DNA from: Candidatus Saccharimonadota bacterium
GTDB taxonomy: Bacteria > Patescibacteriota > Saccharimonadia > Saccharimonadales > Saccharimonadaceae
Assembly (NCBI GenBank): GCA_020160975.1
Contig: JAIUPJ010000001.1
Span: forward strand, 330,001 to 362,000
DNA length: 32,000 nt
Direction: 5' to 3'
Of the stretch, positions 27,730-32,000 are shown in pieces; the stretch's first letter is position 1; every line of letters begins with the position of its first letter. The position numbers and the translations under genes are program-made. The notes beneath the pieces are model-generated. The model saw only the letters and a list, made by a program, of their open reading frames with translations, had not been told where the DNA came from and searched no databases.

Positions 27730-27760
27730 AAAAATACCGCCATTATGGCGGTATTTTTAT
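27730..27760 (+). terminator. Rho-independent terminator after tRNA-Val
   Basis: AAAAATACCGCC-ATTAT-GGCGGTATTTTT. Confidence 0.7.
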
Positions 27761-27916
27761 TTCGGTGCGGTGCGTTTATACAACGAAGTCCGAACTTATT
27801 TTGAGCGTGAGGACTGAGCGAAGCTCGCCCCACCAGAAAAACTAATTCTTTGATTATCTTTTTTGAATTTCCCCGCCGAGATTTTTTGCAACTGAAAAAA
27901 ATTAGTCTTTCTGGAC

Positions 27917-27957
27917 GGTGCGACTACTGATGGCGAGCTGTGGGATTGGAAAAAACA
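27917..27957. repeat. 41-bp terminal inverted repeat, left
   Basis: The reverse complement of ggtgcgactactgatggcgagctgtgggattggaaaaaaca matches 28937-28977 at 40/41 positions. Confidence 0.92.
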
Positions 27958-27976
27958 ATCATAACAGATGCGATTA

Positions 27977-28005
27977 TTGACATATTATATGTTTTGTTCT
28001 ATAAT
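27977..28005 (+). promoter_or_regulatory. Consensus sigma70 promoter inside the cassette
   Basis: TTGACA (27977-27982), a 17-nt spacer, then TATAAT (28000-28005). Confidence 0.6.
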
Positions 28006-28164
28006 TAAATATGTGTATCGAGGGAGTTTGATTTAACCTCGCTCGCGTACATTTACAAGTCCTCTGTTAATACAGGGTCTTGGTTGAGGTTTTATATCGA
28101 TGAACTATCGTCTATATACATCCTCAACTGAGGAAACCCAGCAACCGAGTGAATGGAGTGAGCC

Positions 28165-28812
28165 ATGCTGGAGCTCGAACACGGCGTCGTGAAGTTCTTC
28201 GACGACCGAGACGGCAAGAAGTTCGGCTTCCTGAAGGTCCTCAACGAGGACGACCAGGAGACGGGCGAGGAAATCTTCTTCCACTTCAACGACGGCCAGT
28301 TCGTCGACATCGTGGGAGGAGACGAGATTCAGTTCGTCGGGCGCGTCTTTGCGGAGAATGGGCTGCACATGTGGCACCCCAAGATCGGCGACAAGATCGC
28401 TTTTGACGTGACGGCCGGCAAGAATGGCCGCGACAAGGCATGTCCGTGGACGTATGCTGAGGGGTACGACAACCGTGTGCGCAAGCTCACGGAGCCGTAC
28501 TACCGCGTCACCAAGGTGACCAAGCTCGGCTACGGCGGACCTGGCGACACGTCAGATGTGATCTGGGAGGGTCAGGGTTCGGACGAGTTGTCGGGTGAGT
28601 ACCCCATTCGGGTGCTGGACGGCAAGCTCGATGACCCGCTGGCTCGTTCGGTCAACTTCGCTGCTGGCAGCACCACGCGCTACGTCTTCGAGGTGTACGT
28701 CGACGATGACATCGTCGACGGCACCTACGGTGGCAGTGTCGTGGTTCCGGGTGGATGGGTGGAGTGCGAAGACCCGCGCTTCCGCGCCGAGCTGGCTCGC
28801 GAGCTGAGGTAG
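28165..28812 (+). CDS. Cold-shock-domain (CSD)-like N-terminus fused to an uncharacterised ~140-aa acidic C-terminal region; probably horizontally acquired
   Basis: GVVKFFDDRDGKKFGFLKV...EEIFFHFND resembles the CspA RNP1/RNP2 motifs (KGFGFI, VFVHF). GGAG lies 6 nt upstream of the ATG. GC3 is 18/20 in the first 20 codons, against 9/20 for comM. Confidence 0.7.
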   Translation: MLELEHGVVKFFDDRDGKKFGFLKVLNEDDQETGEEIFFHFNDGQFVDIVGGDEIQFVGRVFAENGLHMWHPKIGDKIAFDVTAGKNGRDKACPWTYAEGYDNRVRKLTEPYYRVTKVTKLGYGGPGDTSDVIWEGQGSDELSGEYPIRVLDGKLDDPLARSVNFAAGSTTRYVFEVYVDDDIVDGTYGGSVVVPGGWVECEDPRFRAELARELR

Positions 28813-28936
28813 TCTCCTCGCGGCAACAGAGGACTTCCAGGAGAGAGGGAAAAGACTTGAGTGCATTTTTGCTCTCGTCCAATCTCTTTCTCCTGGCAGT
28901 TCCCAAAATCATTAAGAAAGTAGTGATTTTAGAAAC

Positions 28937-28977
28937 TGTTTTTTCCAATCCCACAGCTCACCATCAGTAGTCGCACC
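28937..28977. repeat. 41-bp terminal inverted repeat, right
   Basis: tgttttttccaatcccacagctcaccatcagtagtcgcacc is the partner of 27917-27957. Confidence 0.92.
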
Positions 28978-29043
28978 AAAAGAAAGGGTCCGGCATTTAT
29001 GTCGGTTCTTTTCTTTTTTGAATAGCGCGATAAACTTAAACAT

Positions 29044-29097
29044 ATCGCCTACCATACAAAGAGGACCCGACAGGGTCTTTTTTGTATGGTAGGCGAT
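29044..29097. other. Long near-perfect hairpin (about 26 bp stem, GACA loop)
   Basis: ATCGCCTACCATACAAAGAGGACCC-GACA-GGGTCTTTTTTGTATGGTAGGCGAT. The 17 outer base pairs are perfect. Confidence 0.8.
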
Positions 29098-29235
29098 TCA
29101 TTAATTTTAAGAAGTATCGCTTTGACGTATTCCTTTCTTATTTTTCCCACACCACCAAATACTTTTCCACATCATTATTTCCATATTTTCATCTTTAATA
29201 TTCACCTCATGATATATGATAATCATCCCGTAGAC

Positions 29236-29264
29236 TTGACATTTTTTGCTGCTTGTGCTAATAT
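29236..29264 (+). promoter_or_regulatory. Near-consensus promoter positioned for a leaderless mRNA
   Basis: TTGACA (29236-29241), a 17-nt spacer, TAATAT (29259-29264), then 6 nt to the ATG at 29271. Confidence 0.55.
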
Positions 29265-29270
29265 GTAACC

Positions 29271-29393
29271 ATGAGTAAAATCTCAACTAAATCCATAAAA
29301 ACATCCGCACTCGACTCCTTTAGCCTTTCCTTCGAGTACGACATGAGTTGGCACGAAGCAAAGAAGTCGATCAAGCTCCGCTCTGCCTCATAA
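29271..29393 (+). CDS. Candidate 40-aa small protein (MSKISTKSIKTSALDSFSLSFEYDMSWHEAKKSIKLRSAS)
   Basis: It is below the ORF-track cutoff. It is framed by a strong promoter and a terminator, and the TAA stop is at 29391-29393. Confidence 0.45.
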   Translation: MSKISTKSIKTSALDSFSLSFEYDMSWHEAKKSIKLRSAS

Positions 29394-29418
29394 ATTGAAG
29401 CAGAGCTCCCCATCAATC

Positions 29419-29452
29419 AAAAAGCCGCCCTTTCTGTGATCGGGCGGTTTTT
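29419..29452 (+). terminator. Rho-independent terminator
   Basis: AAAAAGCCGCCC-loop-GGGCGGTTTTT. Confidence 0.6.
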
Positions 29453-29511
29453 GCTGTATTTTTTCATTTTATCTAATCCCTTTTACAACCTCTCCCCACT
29501 TCAAGAAACTT

Positions 29512-31158
29512 CTATTTCGATGTCTTGGCACGCTCGCGCGAGGCCAGCGTGGCTTTGTCTGTCACATCAAACTTGTCGAGGTATTTGCCGAGCATTAGGT
29601 GCGTTTGGGCGTTGAACGAGGCAAGCGCACTGTAACAGATGGAAGTAATTGGCATCAATAGCCACTGCAGGACCATCCCAATTGTTCGACGGCGCTTGTA
29701 TCGAGCTGGACGCGGCGGCAACATCTTGAGCATGAGAAGTATTGTGATAAAGAGGCCGACGGTGGCAACCCGTTGAATCACGCTAATCACCTCTGGCAGC
29801 GCATGAGCGGCGATATTCCGTGAGGCTTCGGGATTCAACAAGAGTGGCACCCATCCTCCAAAGGTCACAAGCACTGCCATGGTCGCGAGGGTCACATGAC
29901 CATCGACCAGCCGTACAAAGCGTGCAAAACCCTCAAAAAACGGTACATTGCGCCTGCGCGTAAAGAGCCGGGTGGCAACATACGGAATATCCGATACGCC
30001 ATAGCCCCACCGTCGCAACTGCTTGAACTGCGCGATCAGGGTTTGTTTGAGGGTATTTGCCATCACCGCGTCTTGGTAAATCGGTACGTGAATCGGGATG
30101 ACTGAGTAGTTGCCGCCAAAGTAGAAGTAGCTGCGCCAGTACTGATGGCCGTCCTCGACGATGCTACGCTTGCTCCAGTACCCCATTTCGCTTAGTGCAT
30201 CCATTGGCTGGCTATGGGCCGCAAAGTTACGCAGTGTGTGCGGACGCATACTGCTAATAATTGTCCAAAATGAGTTACCGGTAGCGATTACCCTCATCGG
30301 GGCCGGCGCATCCCAAATATTACCGAAGTAGAGTGCAATCGGCTGATACGACAGATGTTTGCGGTCAGGCTGCACAATGTATTCATATGCCACGTAATCA
30401 AAATAGGTTGGATGCGGACGGTTATCAGAGTCGAGTGTCGTGATCATGACGTTTTTGTACTCGATTTCCTGCTGATCGCACCATGTTTCCATCACCTGGG
30501 CGGCGTAGGTGATGTTGGGGCCCTTGCCGACGAGCTCATCAGGAAGATCAGCCGGATGTTTGATGATCTGAAATGTCTTAAATGTATCGTTATACTCCTC
30601 TTTCAGGCGCTGAGCAGTTTTCTCAATCTGCTTGCCCCCGCGCTCTTCGTACGCCAGGCAAAGAATAATCTGCTTGTTATTGTAGGTTGTGTCTCTAACT
30701 GACTCGATGGTCGGCTGGATGACATCATAGTCCTCGTTGTAGGCGGCAATGAACACCATCTGGTACAGCTGCGATGGTTTTGGGTAATTGTCTGCATCCG
30801 CTGCAATCAGGCGCAAATTCTCCTGGTGCGCCTTGTAGCCAAAGCCAGACGACTGCTGGTGGCTTAGTTTTTCATAGCTATCAATCGGATCCTCGAGGTC
30901 CTCTAGCCGCCGATGCCAATCAACACGCTGAGCCTTCACCAGATAACCATGACCACGGATGGTGTGAAATGCGATCCCAATTGATTTGATAAATAGCGTT
31001 AGGATAAGGAGCAAGAGATAAATTGCCGCAACAAATGGACTTACTATTGAAAGAATAATTAATACCGCGATCATGCCATAGCTGAGCGCACCAGGAACAA
31101 TTTCAAAAAAACGGTAGAGCCTGGAGCGTTTCTTGAGCGGCAGCTCAAGATCAATCAT
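29512..31158 (-). CDS. Family 2 glycosyltransferase, processive (cellulose/chitin-synthase-like) membrane enzyme
   Basis: AAYNED, TLDSDN, EDGHQYWR and the QxxRW motif (QLRRWGYG), flanked by TM helices. I prefer ATG 31158 (MIDLELPLKK), which forms an ATGA overlap with the upstream stop. Confidence 0.8.
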   Translation of the reverse strand: MIDLELPLKKRSRLYRFFEIVPGALSYGMIAVLIILSIVSPFVAAIYLLLLILTLFIKSIGIAFHTIRGHGYLVKAQRVDWHRRLEDLEDPIDSYEKLSHQQSSGFGYKAHQENLRLIAADADNYPKPSQLYQMVFIAAYNEDYDVIQPTIESVRDTTYNNKQIILCLAYEERGGKQIEKTAQRLKEEYNDTFKTFQIIKHPADLPDELVGKGPNITYAAQVMETWCDQQEIEYKNVMITTLDSDNRPHPTYFDYVAYEYIVQPDRKHLSYQPIALYFGNIWDAPAPMRVIATGNSFWTIISSMRPHTLRNFAAHSQPMDALSEMGYWSKRSIVEDGHQYWRSYFYFGGNYSVIPIHVPIYQDAVMANTLKQTLIAQFKQLRRWGYGVSDIPYVATRLFTRRRNVPFFEGFARFVRLVDGHVTLATMAVLVTFGGWVPLLLNPEASRNIAAHALPEVISVIQRVATVGLFITILLMLKMLPPRPARYKRRRTIGMVLQWLLMPITSICYSALASFNAQTHLMLGKYLDKFDVTDKATLASRERAKTSK

Positions 31159-31535
31159 ACACTTCGCCCGAGCTGCATCACCGCAAGCGCATACGATATC
31201 GCAATCATCAGCATAGTTAGCCCCATCCAACCGATGATAACAGCTGTTTGGCGCCGCTCAAGATTGTGAAACTTCACCATGAGCGAAAGGTGTGTCGCAA
31301 CGACAATAACACCAAAGAGCACGAATGTTAGAAGATACTGCCAGTGCGCTTTATAGAAATGCGCTTCGCCAAACGCCGTGTACCGGTTATATACCGTTAC
31401 ATCGCTGGTGTGAATATTGAGACCAACCACAATCAAGTAAATAACTCCCATCATGACAAGCCCTGCCATCAAAAACAAAAAAGGTCGGTCGGTAAACACA
31501 CGTTTCATAGATAACTGAATTGCTTCTTTGTTCAT
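31155..31535 (-). CDS. Hypothetical membrane protein (126 aa, 3-4 TM)
   Basis: Hydrophobic profile, and translationally coupled (ATGA) to the GT2 gene. Confidence 0.6.
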   Translation of the reverse strand: MNKEAIQLSMKRVFTDRPFLFLMAGLVMMGVIYLIVVGLNIHTSDVTVYNRYTAFGEAHFYKAHWQYLLTFVLFGVIVVATHLSLMVKFHNLERRQTAVIIGWMGLTMLMIAISYALAVMQLGRSV

Positions 31536-31550
31536 AGCGCTCCTTCTTTA

Positions 31551-31626
31551 TGGAGCCGTCTGCCGGGATCGAACCGGCGACCTGCACGTTACGAATGTGC
31601 TGCTCTACCAACTGAGCTAAGACGGC
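31551..31626 (-). tRNA. tRNA-Thr (anticodon CGU), discriminator U, CCA encoded
   Basis: Reverse complement is GCCGTCT TA GCTC AGTTGGTA GAGC A GCACA TTCGTAA CGTGC AGGTC GCCGG TTCGATC CCGGC AGACGGC T CCA. Confidence 0.94.
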
Positions 31627-31875
31627 ATCATTTATTGATTGATTATAGCAAACTACTAGTGGTGGTGCTAGATGAGAGTAAAATTGACTCAGGTCAATAA
31701 GTATCGACCGGATATCGGCTAAAACTCCACCTCGACGATTTGAGTCCAACTGCGCGCCCGACCGAATGCACTCAAGATGATAGCGCTATACTAGCGCCAT
31801 CATCAACTAAAAGCCGTCAAACCATAGATCATGACAGTATTCGACGCGACAATTTGAATCATCGTGTGCAATATC

Positions 31876-31917
31876 TCGAAAAAGAAATATACCCACCTTC
31901 AGGTGGGTATATTTCTT
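31876..31917 (-). terminator. Intrinsic terminator after tRNA-Asp
   Basis: Perfect 17-bp stem AAAGAAATATACCCACC / GGTGGGTATATTTCTTT with a 4-nt loop, followed by a T-run on the minus strand. Confidence 0.7.
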
Positions 31918-31995
31918 TGGCGCGCCCGACCGGATTCGAACCGGCGATCTCCTCCGTGACAGGGAGGCGTGATAGACCAGCTTCACTACGAGCGC
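31918..31995 (-). tRNA. tRNA-Asp (anticodon GUC), CCA encoded
   Basis: Reverse complement is GCGCTCG TA GTGA AGCTGGTCTA TCAC G CCTCC CTGTCAC GGAGG AGATC GCCGG TTCGAAT CCGGT CGGGCGC G CCA. Confidence 0.93.
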
Positions 31996-32000
31996 AGACG

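Larger units (their letters stand above)
27917..28977. mobile_element. Candidate transposase-less mobile insertion cassette (IR-bounded, single passenger ORF)
   Basis: 41-bp IRs bracket 1061 bp containing one GC3-rich ORF and its own promoter. No transposase and no clear target-site duplication were found. Confidence 0.45.

Noticed and set aside
28092-28970. Several ORFs overlapping or antisense to the CSD-fusion ORF (28092..28310, 28105..28377, 28149..28406, 28552..28866, 28595..28807, 28652..28954, 28755..28970).
   Set aside because: Stop-codon-poor alternative frames are expected in GC3-rich DNA. Only 28165..28812 has a Shine-Dalgarno sequence, a promoter and a recognisable domain.

Overview
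The window looks like core chromosome from a small-genome Patescibacteria (CPR) bacterium, most likely Candidatus Saccharibacteria (TM7). The minus-strand 16S rRNA (1660-3137) carries what I recall as the TM7-specific oligo targets: CCGTCAATTCCTTTATGTTTTA at 2247-2268, and the reverse complement of 2595-2613, ACTGGGCGTAAAGAGTTGC. Supported housekeeping genes are gyrB-gyrA, infC-rpmI-rplT, rpmB, thrS, miaA, comM, an M50 site-2 protease and a processive GT2 glycosyltransferase. There is also an LPXTG surface protein next to a VirD4/TraG-like ATPase operon. RNA genes found by eye are 16S, tmRNA (16173-16549), RNase P RNA (19455-19818), five complete tRNAs (Ala-UGC, Pro-GGG, Val-GAC, Thr-CGU, Asp-GUC; all encode CCA) and one tRNA truncated by the window edge. 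The unusual content is non-coding or accessory. (1) A conserved 69-nt structured core occurs twice. Each copy is fused to a look-alike of a tRNA 5' half and sits directly upstream of a real tRNA; one copy lies inside a perfect 61-bp promoter duplication. (2) Almost every tRNA or tmRNA locus has a partial copy of itself within about 200 bp, including a tRNA-Ala-like G3:U70 minihelix ending in CCA and a 17-nt copy of the ssrA 3' end. (3) Next to tRNA-Val, a roughly 1.06-kb cassette is bracketed by 41-bp inverted repeats. It carries a single GC3-rich cold-shock-domain fusion ORF with foreign codon usage, a consensus promoter and no transposase. (4) Several orphan promoter/terminator units and ORF-free structured stretches are present, along with apparently leaderless genes and a T-box-like leader on thrS. 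No CRISPR array or recognisable defence operon was seen. All calls are manual, with no BLAST, folding or covariance tools, so boundaries of non-coding features are approximate.
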